A stretch of 64,000 nt of DNA from a virus: positions 64,001-128,000 of the IMG/VR virus record IMGVR_UViG_3300046167_000873; one strand, 5' to 3'. The notes under the pieces were generated by a model. It did no database searches. It was not told where the DNA came from and saw only the letters and a program-made list of their open reading frames with translations. Below are positions 30,847 to 41,647 of this stretch, piece by piece. Made by a program: the position numbers and the translations under genes. Every line of letters starts with the position of its first letter. Within the stretch, counting starts at the first letter, position 1.

Positions 30847-32657
30847 TAGATTCTTACTTGTTGTACGTTAATTTGAACATCCGAATCAAGTACTCTTAAT
30901 ATGCTCGTCTGTTGCGACTCAATATCTCTATCTTCTGGTGTAATTGAGAATGTAAGGACACCACCTTCAACTGCTTGGAATGATACATTAGAAAGAATAA
31001 TCACGCCAGTAGCATAATTAACTTCACCGGCTTGTGCAATTGCTACGTGACGATCACCTTCTTCTCTAACTATAACCATGTTGCCTTCGCCGTCATCCTC
31101 AAAGAAACATTCACTATCTTGGAATGTAAACGGAGAACTTGAAACGGCAGCTATGTCGTAAGAAAAATGTGATTTTCTTCCTTGACCAATATCACGTCTA
31201 ATAGGAATATTAAATGCAATCCTATAGTTATTTGATCCGTTAATATCAACAGTTAAAAACTTAGTAGCAAGTACATCAGTATCATTACTCACAATTGATT
31301 GTTGAGAATTATCGATTGCTGAAACGAGTTTACTGTAACGAAGTGTTTTGCCAAAGCCATTAATTTCAGATTCGTTATAACTTTGAATAGAAGATAAAAC
31401 CAAGCTTCGTATATCATCGATATTTAATGATGTTTGGTTAATGTTATATTTAACTGTTGTTCGTATACTAACGTATGTATAGTCAGGTTTAACGAAGACT
31501 GGATCAATAGACAAAGGACTTCTTGGTTTAATAAAAGAATTGTACTTTGTTTTAAATGAAGCTGGTAAGTCATCACTGTTCTTTAAATCAACCGCAACAA
31601 TAACCTTACCATAAAGAGGTGGATCAAATAGTTCTCCACCATATGCAACAACATCGTTAATTTCTGAGAAGTTTGCTTTCAATAAAGTACTATAGTCACT
31701 TGAGGTTACAACACGTTCTTGAGTTGTAAAGGCTCTTGGTGCATTTAACTTAATTGAATTTAAAGATTCTGGTAAAGATCCACCAGACGCAGCAGTATGA
31801 GTTTCAACACTTAAAACAGTTGCTGTATCAATTGAATCGTTTGGAGTAAATCTCTTGATTCCATTTGGCAACTCACCATTACACGTTCTATATTCTATAT
31901 TGACGATTGAATTATCTTTTGGTGGTCTTCCAATGACTCCATCACCAAAGAATATCTCGTAAGTATCCCCTTCAGATGGTTGAATAAAGAAGACCTGTGA
32001 TTGTGCATCAAGACCAAACAGAGTATCTCTTTTAAGATATTGTAAAACAGTTGAACCATTATCTTCAATAACAGTAACAATTAAGCTGTTTGTATCAATT
32101 GTTTTGTTACTTGCAATATACTTAACTGGGTTTTTAGCATTCACAACAAACGTGTCAAGAATATAATCACCTTCATAGAGCAAAACATCTTCAGCTTTAA
32201 AGTTTGCTTGTGCAGGTGCTCCAGGTGTGCCTGTAGTAATGCTTTTAGCAAGTATGTTTTCTGATGTTACGAAGGTAAAGTTTCTATTTCCTTCGGTTCC
32301 TGTAAATGATGTTCCTCGTGGAATTAATACAGTTGCATCATCAGAAGTATCTCTGAGATAAACATCAACGCTTGCAATCGCCGATCGAAATGACCTCGGA
32401 AGATAATTAAGTTCTTTTGCATGAGAGATAATGCTGTCTCTTAGTATAGCAGAATCAAGGAACATCTCGTTTGCTACCATGTTTAGATAAAATGCATTGA
32501 GGTTTGTGTTGTATGCAAGAATATCTAAAAGAACATTAATGTTTGAGGCTTCAAAATCGTAATCTTGAAAGATAGCCTGAGACTTTAAATACGACTTAAG
32601 ATTCTCTTTAACCGTATTAAAATCAAGTGTCGATAAATCGTTACTTACGTTTGCCAT
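30846..32657 (-). CDS. gp6: Baseplate wedge subunit
   Basis: LDFNTVKENLKSYL, DYDFEASNINVLLDILAYNT, FGDGVIG, QERVVTSSDY. Confidence 0.95.
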   Translation of the reverse strand: MANVSNDLSTLDFNTVKENLKSYLKSQAIFQDYDFEASNINVLLDILAYNTNLNAFYLNMVANEMFLDSAILRDSIISHAKELNYLPRSFRSAIASVDVYLRDTSDDATVLIPRGTSFTGTEGNRNFTFVTSENILAKSITTGTPGAPAQANFKAEDVLLYEGDYILDTFVVNAKNPVKYIASNKTIDTNSLIVTVIEDNGSTVLQYLKRDTLFGLDAQSQVFFIQPSEGDTYEIFFGDGVIGRPPKDNSIVNIEYRTCNGELPNGIKRFTPNDSIDTATVLSVETHTAASGGSLPESLNSIKLNAPRAFTTQERVVTSSDYSTLLKANFSEINDVVAYGGELFDPPLYGKVIVAVDLKNSDDLPASFKTKYNSFIKPRSPLSIDPVFVKPDYTYVSIRTTVKYNINQTSLNIDDIRSLVLSSIQSYNESEINGFGKTLRYSKLVSAIDNSQQSIVSNDTDVLATKFLTVDINGSNNYRIAFNIPIRRDIGQGRKSHFSYDIAAVSSSPFTFQDSECFFEDDGEGNMVIVREEGDRHVAIAQAGEVNYATGVIILSNVSFQAVEGGVLTFSITPEDRDIESQQTSILRVLDSDVQINVQQVRI

Positions 32658-32658
32658 G

Positions 32659-33093
32659 TTATCTTACTCTGTAGAGTGTTAGTTCTAGGTTAGCGACTTG
32701 GTTTGATGTTACAATTGCAAATTCTATATTAACGACAATAGCATTTTCATCGGGCTGTGAATCTACTGTGCAATCTATAACTCTCACTCTCGGTTCATGT
32801 GTTTCTATTGCATTATAGATTTCTTCTTTTATTTCTTCTTCGATATGACTATCGAATTGCTCAAAAACAAATCTACTTAAGCGTGTACCGAACTCAGGAT
32901 TGCGTAATCTTTCATACTTATTCGTCAATAAAAGGTTACGTAATGCTTGCTTTACAGATTCGACATTTACTTTTCTGGTAATCTGACCCGTATTAGGGTT
33001 AGGTAAAAATGATTTGTTTAAATCACTATACTTGTCAGCGAGTGCACCAGACTGTCTATATTCATCGTTTTCTTTGGCTATTCTAATGCCCAT
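32659..33093 (-). CDS. gp25: Baseplate wedge subunit / sheath initiator
   Basis: SVKQALRNLLLT..YER...PEFG, HEPRV. Confidence 0.93.
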   Translation of the reverse strand: MGIRIAKENDEYRQSGALADKYSDLNKSFLPNPNTGQITRKVNVESVKQALRNLLLTNKYERLRNPEFGTRLSRFVFEQFDSHIEEEIKEEIYNAIETHEPRVRVIDCTVDSQPDENAIVVNIEFAIVTSNQVANLELTLYRVR

Positions 33094-33117
33094 GAGAATA
33101 TTCCGTGTTTATAGTTT

Positions 33118-33125
33118 TATTTATA
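33118..33125 (-). promoter_or_regulatory. Late promoter TATAAATA upstream of gp25
   Basis: Exact intergenic motif. Confidence 0.85.
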
Positions 33126-33142
33126 CAACTTTAAGTGTAGCG

Positions 33143-35080
33143 TTAATACAACTTTAAGTATAACCTTAATTTTTCTATTTCTGAATTTAAGTCTGCGATC
33201 ATTGCTTGCTGTTCTTGTATTGCCTTGATCAACCGGGTCTCAACAGTTCCCAAACCAGAAACCTGTTTGAATCCATCTTCGCCTTCGCTAACCAGATCAG
33301 ACCAAGCTGTCTGCTCAAGTTCTTGTGCAATGAATCCCTCACCAGAACCTACTGTAGCATCTTTCCAGTCCCAACGCGCAGGACGTAAAGACATAATGTT
33401 GTCTATCTCTGACTCGTGGTCAACTATATTTTCTTTAAGTCGTATATCAGAGTTAGATGCAAAAGTTGGAGCGCTCGCTGAAGCTGCCTTTATTGTACCT
33501 GCTAGAGCATTCCCTCGGTAGAACTGAATAATGTTTGCAGAAGCTGTACCGTCTTGTCTGTTAATGGCTAATACAGTGTCACCGGTAGCTTCAAAAAGAC
33601 CTCGACCGTTGTTCAACAATGCAACACCCGCGTCGCCTGTACCAAAAGACGACGATGTCTTAGATACCAGGAGATTGCCTGAGGCGTCGATACGCATTCG
33701 CTCTCCGCTATTAGTTTCGAACCTCATGTGATTAGTGCCGTGGGCATACACAACCTTACCAACTGTATCGCTGGCGCTATCTCCAAACAACAGTTGACAG
33801 TTATCGTCATTAGTAGAAACTAAAGAAAGTAGAGTTGCTCCTGATCCGCTTAGAGTCAGAAGCCTAGAAGGACTATCAGTGCCAATACCTACGTTGCCAT
33901 CGCCGTCAAGAGTCATTCTATTTACGCTATCTGTAAAATCAAATAAATGAAACTTATCAGCGCTAGCATCAACATACCAAGCATAGGAACCTTGATTATT
34001 TGTTGCTTTAAAGGCGGCAACATTGTCTGTGCCTTCTACCTCTATTCTTGCAATTCCTGTTTTGTAAACGTGTAGCAGTTCTTCAGGAGATGATATACCA
34101 ATGCCCACTTGCCCATCGGAGCCAATGCGCATGGATTCGTCTGTCGCATTTCTATAGAACACAGTATCAGACGATGAGCCACCTGCTGCTGCGAAAAACG
34201 ATAGTTCACGAGTAGTTGTGTCCTTGGTGAAAATTGCTTTACGAGTGTTGGAGCTTGGGCCGCCTAGGACGATAGAGATAGGGCCTACGTCTGTGTTAGT
34301 TCCTGTAGATACTTCAAGTTTTTCTATAGGATTATCTGTACCAATGCCCATGTTTCCTGTGGAGTCAATGGTTACCCTATCGTTATTTCCGCCAGTTGCA
34401 AAAGTTAAGTTTTGGCTGAAAGTGTCACTAGTGATTTTAGCTGCTGTTATTCCGTCCGACCTAAATCGCAAAGCCGCGGCTGAAGGAGAATCTATCGCTA
34501 CTGTAACTGCGCCATTAGCGGTTCTAACGTCAAGCAGCGCAGTTGGATCTTCAGTGCCAATTCCAATATTTCCATCAGGCGTTACAACAAATCTTTCCTG
34601 AATAGTACCGGTATCATCATTTGTTTCAAGTACAATTTTCATTGGTACTTCGTTTGATGCAGCGGTATTGGCTACACCATCGACTTTAAATCTAATCGCA
34701 GAAGAAGGTTGGAAGTCTTCACCATCATGACCCCAGCAATAGATGCCACCTGCGATATCTCCATCTTCTACTGCCTCTGTGTTTGCTTGGCTGCCACGGG
34801 CTTTTCTTTGGGATATAACACCACCGCCGTTTGAGTCGCCAGAAAAAGTGATCATGTTTGGATTATCGGCATGTGGGGTAGTTCGATCAGTAATAATACT
34901 AATGACTGCGTCAGAGTTTGTTCCAAGGTTTAACTTACTGCTTGAACCAAAAGTTGCAGTTGGAATACTCGCATCAGGAACTGGAATATTATTAACGGTA
35001 TTTGCATATTCTTCTAATTCACCAATTACTTGATTGGATCTCGTTAGAATATCATTAATTGCATCATCGATATCAGACAT
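33143..35080 (-). CDS. Tail fibre/spike with C-terminal peptidase S74 intramolecular chaperone
   Basis: Repeated GNxGIGT..P units; SDIRLKENI cleavage motif, GFIAQELE, LIKAIQEQQ coiled coil. Confidence 0.9.
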   Translation of the reverse strand: MSDIDDAINDILTRSNQVIGELEEYANTVNNIPVPDASIPTATFGSSSKLNLGTNSDAVISIITDRTTPHADNPNMITFSGDSNGGGVISQRKARGSQANTEAVEDGDIAGGIYCWGHDGEDFQPSSAIRFKVDGVANTAASNEVPMKIVLETNDDTGTIQERFVVTPDGNIGIGTEDPTALLDVRTANGAVTVAIDSPSAAALRFRSDGITAAKITSDTFSQNLTFATGGNNDRVTIDSTGNMGIGTDNPIEKLEVSTGTNTDVGPISIVLGGPSSNTRKAIFTKDTTTRELSFFAAAGGSSSDTVFYRNATDESMRIGSDGQVGIGISSPEELLHVYKTGIARIEVEGTDNVAAFKATNNQGSYAWYVDASADKFHLFDFTDSVNRMTLDGDGNVGIGTDSPSRLLTLSGSGATLLSLVSTNDDNCQLLFGDSASDTVGKVVYAHGTNHMRFETNSGERMRIDASGNLLVSKTSSSFGTGDAGVALLNNGRGLFEATGDTVLAINRQDGTASANIIQFYRGNALAGTIKAASASAPTFASNSDIRLKENIVDHESEIDNIMSLRPARWDWKDATVGSGEGFIAQELEQTAWSDLVSEGEDGFKQVSGLGTVETRLIKAIQEQQAMIADLNSEIEKLRLYLKLY

Positions 35081-35089
35081 TATTTTTCC

Positions 35090-35671
35090 TTAAATGTTTG
35101 GCAGACCGTCAACTGTATTTTCGACATTATCAAGTGTCCCTCCAACCTCTGATACATCATCGACGACACCTTGTATTTCATCAGTTACGTCTGTAATACC
35201 GGCCTTTTCTAATATATCATCTTTTATTGTTTCTGCTTTTGCAAGCGCTTTGTTTGCTTGATCAATCAATTCATTTTCAATATCTCTCATTGCGCTTAAA
35301 ACTGCTTGCTCAGTACAAAACTGTAATCTATCAACCGCTGATGTAACAGAACTTGCAAGACCAGCTAAAGCACCTGCAAGTTGTGCAAGCTCAATTGCTT
35401 GTTTTGCCATAAGTTCTACTTGCGCAGCAATTGGTCCACCTACAACCTTTGAAGCCCAAGTAAGAATATCTAAAGGATCAGTTGGCAAGTCTACAAGAGG
35501 CGCCCATTGACTTGCGATATTAGTAATAGACTCTGTCTTTTGTTCTATAACACTGGTGATATCCTTTACCGCAGTATCAACATATCCCTGGATTGCCTGA
35601 CAGCTCGTGGCCGCATCGATATCTTCAGTTAGTTCTTCTATGTACGCAGTACTTTCGTTTACACTCGCCAT
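35090..35671 (-). CDS. Alpha-helical hypothetical protein downstream of gp5
   Basis: 193-aa acidic helical ORF, co-oriented and tightly spaced. Confidence 0.6.
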   Translation of the reverse strand: MASVNESTAYIEELTEDIDAATSCQAIQGYVDTAVKDITSVIEQKTESITNIASQWAPLVDLPTDPLDILTWASKVVGGPIAAQVELMAKQAIELAQLAGALAGLASSVTSAVDRLQFCTEQAVLSAMRDIENELIDQANKALAKAETIKDDILEKAGITDVTDEIQGVVDDVSEVGGTLDNVENTVDGLPNI

Positions 35672-35682
35672 TCTTATGCGCC

Positions 35683-37197
35683 CTACGTGATTGCTGTTAC
35701 GATACCGGCTATGACAGTAACTACCTTACCATCTGCCGAAGTAAATGAGCCTGATGCACCTTTTGTTGTTCCTAGGTTACCATCAACTTTAATGCCGCCG
35801 TCTACGTAAATACCAGCATTAATAACTAAACCGCCTTTTGCTTCTATCTTTTGAAACCCCTCAACAACAATATTACTGTCTTCTTTTACTGACATATAAT
35901 GTTGTTGTTGAATAGTTGTTATTTGTGCACCACCAACAATTGTCTTTTGGTTATTAGCAACTGTCAATATAAAATTATTCTTGTCCTCAATCGGAGCAGG
36001 TGTTAATCTGTACTCATTTGCCGGATCTACACCAACACTCAATACATAGTTATTGCCAGTTGTTTGTATTGTGTTATTAGATACATCTAAATATAGGTTA
36101 TTGCTGTCAATTGCACCTGTTTGATAGTTGTCCCTACCGTTATTATTTTTTCGATTATCAGGTGTTTGATCCCAACCAATTGTCCAGTGTGCAGTGTTAC
36201 CTATCTTTTGGGTTGACGTGTTTGCAACTTCTACGTTGTGATCTCTTAAAAGCAATTGATTCTTATCTTTAACAACGACCTCAAAAGAAGAGTCCATTGT
36301 CTTTTTGCTACGGCGACCTAAGTAATCGTCTTCGGTAACTCCACCTGCTGTTACATAAGAATAACCAGATGGTCCAAAATCAGGCCACGTAGTTTTATCC
36401 TTGTCACCTGATGATCTTGTATCGCCGTCAAAGAATGGTGATGGACCATTTGATATCTCTTCGTAACAACCACTGCGATGCCAAATATGTATTCTTTCAT
36501 GCTTAGGTGTATCATCTATTTCTATTGCATGACCAGATTTAGTCGTGTACGTTGTGTTATATGGATATTCTGTTGAGTATGCCGTAGGGAATTCATCAAC
36601 TGGTGATTTTTTCTTTGGGTCATCTTTCCACAAAGTACTAACACTGTATGGTTCTTTTGGAAGTGTTTGACCAGATCCACCACGCTCTTTCTCGTCATCA
36701 AAGAAATAACCTTTTGCAAGAGAGCTTACATCATGAAACTTAAAGTTCTCTTCAGGTGGTTCTCTTAGATCTTGAAGCATCGATTGTGGATCACTACCAG
36801 GTTCAGGATACATCGACACCTTATGGTATGTTCCAAAGATCATTGGAATATTTGCTTCGTGGCCGTCTAAATAAAAGCCAAAGCAATAAGTCCCTACTGC
36901 GATACCAGTCGGTGATAAGCCAACAGCATCAATCCAATCAGGTACAAATGTTTCTTCATCATATTCTAGTTCGTTAATTTTCTTCCAAGATAAGCTTGCC
37001 GATTGGATTGCAGACATCGGATATGCCCACAAAAGATCTTCATCTTCTAAACCAAATGTTTCTTTTTTAAGACCTAACTCACCAGTTTGATCGTGGATAA
37101 CACGTATTTTAACTCGGCCTAATCTTTCCTCGTCTTTTATATCTACAACTCTGGCCATAAACCAGTGAAAAGAATCTCCGAGATTATAATATGACAT
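35683..37197 (-). CDS. gp5: Baseplate central spike (gp5-like, OB-fold; no lysozyme domain evident)
   Basis: WFMARVVD..D...LGRVKIRV, GFYLDG..ANIPMIFG, EYPYN...TKSGHAIEIDDTP.HERIH..HRSG. Confidence 0.9.
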   Translation of the reverse strand: MSYYNLGDSFHWFMARVVDIKDEERLGRVKIRVIHDQTGELGLKKETFGLEDEDLLWAYPMSAIQSASLSWKKINELEYDEETFVPDWIDAVGLSPTGIAVGTYCFGFYLDGHEANIPMIFGTYHKVSMYPEPGSDPQSMLQDLREPPEENFKFHDVSSLAKGYFFDDEKERGGSGQTLPKEPYSVSTLWKDDPKKKSPVDEFPTAYSTEYPYNTTYTTKSGHAIEIDDTPKHERIHIWHRSGCYEEISNGPSPFFDGDTRSSGDKDKTTWPDFGPSGYSYVTAGGVTEDDYLGRRSKKTMDSSFEVVVKDKNQLLLRDHNVEVANTSTQKIGNTAHWTIGWDQTPDNRKNNNGRDNYQTGAIDSNNLYLDVSNNTIQTTGNNYVLSVGVDPANEYRLTPAPIEDKNNFILTVANNQKTIVGGAQITTIQQQHYMSVKEDSNIVVEGFQKIEAKGGLVINAGIYVDGGIKVDGNLGTTKGASGSFTSADGKVVTVIAGIVTAIT

Positions 37198-37208
37198 CTA
37201 TCTCTCCA

Positions 37209-38484
37209 TTATCCTAATGATTTACCAAACTGATCTGGCTTTCGTAACTCATAGACCATTGTATGCACAAATTCATTTGCTTCATTTTTATCACAGCGAT
37301 GTTTTAACGCTGTTATCATATAGTTGTTTCGAGAATATTTCTACTTTCTTAGGTGCTCTTCCTGATAGACCTGATATTTCTGGAAGATTTAATTGCACAA
37401 TATCGCCTACCTTTATATCTGTATTACCATAGACTCTAATTCGTACACCTTGCTGTGTCATTCTTTCAATAAACGGTCTTTGATAGTGTAGGTTTTTGTT
37501 GTGCTCCATTTCAGGCCGTAAACTATCTGTAACTGCCATACGGGTTACACTTGGTAATTGCTGTGTAAACGCATTAAAATCAGGACTATTTAAATCAATG
37601 CCTTGATCAATTGCTGTATAGCTACCATGATCTGATATATTGATATATTCTTCAGTATTAAAATATGTACCACGAAAAATATCAAACTCGCGATACTGAT
37701 TTCTCATTGCACCTTTTTTTGTTTTTTCTGCTTGTTGGCCCTGACTCATTACTTCATAAGATAGTATTTCCCATGCATTAACATTTAGTTTAAAGTCAGC
37801 TTTGTTACCTGTTCGATACTCGTACTTCTTTCCGGCCGCACCAGCTTTACGATCAGCGATTAATTTTTCAATCGTCTGGAAATGATAACCTTGATTGTCT
37901 TCATAAAAAACAAAAACACTTGACAGGTATTTTTGTGATACGGCTCTTTCTTTAATAACGTCAATAATCTGAAAAGGTCTCTTGTTATTTACAACGTAAT
38001 CAAAGTGGCCTTTTGTTTGCTCAAGTGTTACTAAAGGTGTTCCTGCTGACATATCAACGTTTAACAATGTAGCAAGTGCAATATCGTACTTCATGTCAGT
38101 ATATCTTTTTGTAAACGACATTGAAGAGTTCTTGAGAAAATCCTTTGTGACACAACGTAAAACATATGAACGAAGATTTGCCATATCGTTTGTCTTCATG
38201 TTTTGAATGGCGTTGATCATAAAGTTATATGTAATAGCACCTCTCGATGGTGTTTGGATTGTTACTTCTATTGTTTCTTCACCACCGAGAGGATAATTAT
38301 TAATTAACTCAATACCGTCAGTAATATAAAAGTCTGCCGTTACGGTGTAGTTATCAAGGTCTTCATAAATATCAAAGCTTGATACTTGCGCATATATATT
38401 GAGCTCGTCGGCACCACTAAACTTTTTAAGTGATACCTTTTTACCAACAATAATAACCTTGCCCGCATCGTATACATTACTCAT
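37209..38484 (-). CDS. Baseplate hub / tail protein (gp27-like); C-terminus frameshifted near 37328
   Basis: IYEDL, LGGEETI, FVFYEDNQGYHFQTIE, VYGNTDIKVGDIV. The natural end NYMITALKH...FGKSLG* lies in another frame with its stop at 37209. Confidence 0.7.
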
Positions 38485-39356
38485 TATTTTAGTACTTCCG
38501 TTAGACTAAGGTTTATATCATCTGCGTAATAGTTTTCAACAAGACTTAGGTCTCTCTTTTTCTCGTTTAAATCTTCTTCGTATGAGTAATAACTATATTG
38601 ACTATAATAGACTTCCTCATCGACAGGTATGCATTGTTGCAAAAGAATATATGAATCAAAGTCTATTTCAACCTCTACACCAGATTTCTTACCAACAAGC
38701 GTATAGTTACTTAATCTTTCAAAAGATCCATTAATGTTTTTCAGTATGATACCTGTTGAATTTGCACTAGATACCGTAGCTGTCTGATCAAGATTATTTT
38801 TAATGTAAACATTTTCATTGTCATCAAATGTTATTGATTGCTCTGAAGTGAATGATAAAGAGATAATGCGGTTTGTTGTGACATATAAATCTTCTTTAGA
38901 TCGAGAGTAACCAACAACTCCGGTTGGTGAAACAATAGGCTGCCAATATTTCTTTTGATTACCAGGTAACGCTTGATAAGCACTTAGCGCTAAAATATTA
39001 TCAATATATGCAGCATAGTTTGTTTTATACGTCAATATACTTTTTTGTGCTTCTTCGATTGATCCATATTTCTTTTTAATAAAGCTTGTAAAATCAGTGC
39101 TGTTTAGTGGAGTACCGTAATAAGGATCTACGATATCATTTGCGAGATAGATTAACCAATCAAAATCGACGTCATTATAATAGTCATGTGCAAGGTGTTG
39201 TATGTTATCATCTTCTTTCATCGTGTATTCATAAAAGGCTTCATAGAATCCCTTTACGTTTGAGTTAAAATCAACACGCTTTAAGATATTAACACCTACA
39301 GTTCCACGGTAATCTATGAGTGGAAATTTACGGAAATACTCTTCTCTATTTGACAT
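38484..39356 (-). CDS. gp53: Baseplate wedge protein
   Basis: YFRKFPLIDY, LAHDYY...DWLIYLANDIVDPY, YEEDLNEKKR. Confidence 0.88.
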   Translation of the reverse strand: MSNREEYFRKFPLIDYRGTVGVNILKRVDFNSNVKGFYEAFYEYTMKEDDNIQHLAHDYYNDVDFDWLIYLANDIVDPYYGTPLNSTDFTSFIKKKYGSIEEAQKSILTYKTNYAAYIDNILALSAYQALPGNQKKYWQPIVSPTGVVGYSRSKEDLYVTTNRIISLSFTSEQSITFDDNENVYIKNNLDQTATVSSANSTGIILKNINGSFERLSNYTLVGKKSGVEVEIDFDSYILLQQCIPVDEEVYYSQYSYYSYEEDLNEKKRDLSLVENYYADDINLSLTEVLK

Positions 39357-39357
39357 T

Positions 39358-40566
39358 TTATTGTCCGTCGTAATTTTCAACTTCTTGGAAGTTTAAGCCT
39401 AAGTTAATTGATACTGGATTTCCATCAACAAAATAAGCACTCGATCCTTCAGCAGAAAAGTTAATATTGAGTTGACTTACCATTGATCTTTTAAATGTAC
39501 CATACATCCATGTATCACCATCGCCGTTGACTTTAGGCTTTACTAAAAATGGATATTCTAGGTAACCGTTTAAATCTTGAGGAATTGTAAATGCACGAAG
39601 AACTGAAAGAATAGCTTTTATCATATTAGCATCTTCTTGTGATCGTGGCACCATTTTCCAATTCCATTGAAACTGGCGTAAATCCATACCTTTAAAGAAT
39701 ACCGATGGGTGTGGGTTTGGTATACCGCCTATAAGTTGACCAGCAAGACCACCAGCAACAGGATCTACAGATTCTAAACCAGTAAATGCCGCTCTTCCTG
39801 CAACCTTTGATACAGCACCATCCCCGAGAGCATCCTTTACTCTGCCGACAATATTATCACGATCGCTAGCAGTTCCGGCTGCACTTGGTTCTATCATTTT
39901 AAGTAATTGACCATGAACACCAGTATCAGCATCATCTAATCTAATGCTAGATGTAAATGAAAAGTTTTCAGGTAGAGGTAAATGAATATTGGTATACCCA
40001 CCAACTGATCCTGGAGCAAATGGATTTGTTCGGCTATACTTTGCAAATTGTAATGTTATCCAAACAGGTGCATAAGTATCGAGATCATTAGGAAACTGAA
40101 GACCAGCATAACTTAAATCGAGCATATCTAAATCTTCTAGAACAGCACCAAGAATATCTGATTTGTTTCTCTTAATAACTTCATCAGCGCTCTTTCTTTT
40201 GGTGAGTGGTCTATTCTTTGAGTTTGCTACACTATTCCTAAATTTATTTTCTACGTTGTGTATTGCATTCTTATCTTGTATTACTTTAGGAATTATACTG
40301 CCAATAAACTCTCTAGAATTCTTACGAACAGCTCCAGCAGATTCTAGGTTTTGTGAAATACTTGCACCGATTTCCATGGTCGATCGAGCAGTGTTATTAA
40401 TATTAGACAGTGCAGTTGAAACACTACCATTAATTTTACCAGGTGTCGCTGTAATAGACACTCCGGTATTTGTAATCGCGCCTATTTGGGTTTTTTCAAT
40501 AAAAGAAAGCTTTTGACTCAACTGCCCGGTATCTGGTCCGATTTGTTTTAGTTTAGTATCAGTCAT
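39358..40566 (-). CDS. gp48: Baseplate tail-tube cap
   Basis: LQFPND, IHLPLP, NPHPSVFFKGMDLRQFQWNWKMVPRS..DA, LNFQE. Confidence 0.85.
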   Translation of the reverse strand: MTDTKLKQIGPDTGQLSQKLSFIEKTQIGAITNTGVSITATPGKINGSVSTALSNINNTARSTMEIGASISQNLESAGAVRKNSREFIGSIIPKVIQDKNAIHNVENKFRNSVANSKNRPLTKRKSADEVIKRNKSDILGAVLEDLDMLDLSYAGLQFPNDLDTYAPVWITLQFAKYSRTNPFAPGSVGGYTNIHLPLPENFSFTSSIRLDDADTGVHGQLLKMIEPSAAGTASDRDNIVGRVKDALGDGAVSKVAGRAAFTGLESVDPVAGGLAGQLIGGIPNPHPSVFFKGMDLRQFQWNWKMVPRSQEDANMIKAILSVLRAFTIPQDLNGYLEYPFLVKPKVNGDGDTWMYGTFKRSMVSQLNINFSAEGSSAYFVDGNPVSINLGLNFQEVENYDGQ

Positions 40567-40575
40567 TGATATCCC

Positions 40576-40583
40576 TATAAATA
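40576..40583 (+). promoter_or_regulatory. Late promoter TATAAATA for the plus-strand operon
   Basis: Exact motif 6 bp before the gp4 ATG at the divergent junction. Confidence 0.8.
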
Positions 40584-40589
40584 GCTACT

Positions 40590-41027
40590 ATGAAAACATA
40601 CAAAGGTTATTTTAAACCCGAAAACTGCCAAAAATATAAAGGTGATCCTTCTAACATTATTTATAGAAGTCGCTGGGAGCTCGTTTTTATGCGTTATTGT
40701 GATAAGCACCCAGATATCTTAAAGTGGTCAAGCGAAGAAATTATTATACCTTATAAGTCTCCAATTGATGGAAGGTATCACCGATATTACCCTGACTTTT
40801 ATATAAAGAAAAAGAATCGCCAAGGAAAAATCGAAGAGGTGGTTATTGAGATTAAGCCAAACGCTCAAACAAAAGAACCAAAACCACAAAAGAAGCTCAC
40901 TAAACGTTATTTATCTGAGGTGCAAACTTGGGGTATAAATAAATCTAAGTGGATAGCTGCAAATAAATATTGTAAAGAAAAGGGATGGGAATTCACAATA
41001 ATGACCGAAAAGGAATTAGGGTTATAA
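40590..41027 (+). CDS. gp4: Head completion nuclease (TnsA-like)
   Basis: YKGYFKPEN..KYKGDP..IIYRSRWE, HRYYPDF, EIKP, NKSKW.AA. Confidence 0.95.
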   Translation: MKTYKGYFKPENCQKYKGDPSNIIYRSRWELVFMRYCDKHPDILKWSSEEIIIPYKSPIDGRYHRYYPDFYIKKKNRQGKIEEVVIEIKPNAQTKEPKPQKKLTKRYLSEVQTWGINKSKWIAANKYCKEKGWEFTIMTEKELGL

Positions 41028-41642
41028 ATGGCACGCAGAGAATCTAAATATCTGTTTCAACAGATATCAAAAGAAGGCGAAGCTGTCGGTATTAAGCCAG
41101 GATCGATCGACTCTAGAGATTGGTTTAGAGACCGAGCAATGGATATTACTAGAGTTAACGCACAAAGGCTTATGACAAACAAGGCATCGATGTATCCAAA
41201 TCTCACTGAGATGGATGCTGGCAGAATGTATATGTTTTTCTATGATCCTAAGCACAAAGACAAACTACCGTTCTATGATCGATTTCCGCTCATTTTTATG
41301 ATGGAAAAATATACCGATGGGTTTCTTGGTATGAACATGCACTATTTGCCATTGGTTTATAGGGCAAGATTGATGGATCATTTATATGATATTGAGCGCA
41401 ATGATACTCAAAGAGATAGTAAAAAGCTTGCACTTAGCTATGGTTTATTGAGAGCTGCTTCGAAATATAAATATTTCACCCCCACAGTAAAGCGTTATCT
41501 TACTGGCCATGTAAGGTCAAGGTTCTTGTATATCCCAGCAGAACAATGGGATATTGCTCTTATGTTGCCAACAGAGAGATTCAAGAAAGCGAGAAAAGGT
41601 ACTGTGTGGAAAGATTCTCGTAAGAAAATTAACCAGAGATAA
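41028..41642 (+). CDS. gp2: DNA end protector protein
   Basis: GRMYMFFYDPKHKDKLPFYDRFPLI, GMNMHYLP, LPTERF. Confidence 0.95.
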   Translation: MARRESKYLFQQISKEGEAVGIKPGSIDSRDWFRDRAMDITRVNAQRLMTNKASMYPNLTEMDAGRMYMFFYDPKHKDKLPFYDRFPLIFMMEKYTDGFLGMNMHYLPLVYRARLMDHLYDIERNDTQRDSKKLALSYGLLRAASKYKYFTPTVKRYLTGHVRSRFLYIPAEQWDIALMLPTERFKKARKGTVWKDSRKKINQR

Positions 41643-41647
41643 AACAC

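Noticed and set aside
11663-38484. Stop-codon reassignment explaining the split genes
   Set aside because: Each continuation is in a different frame, and TAG, TGA and TAA all end normal genes here.
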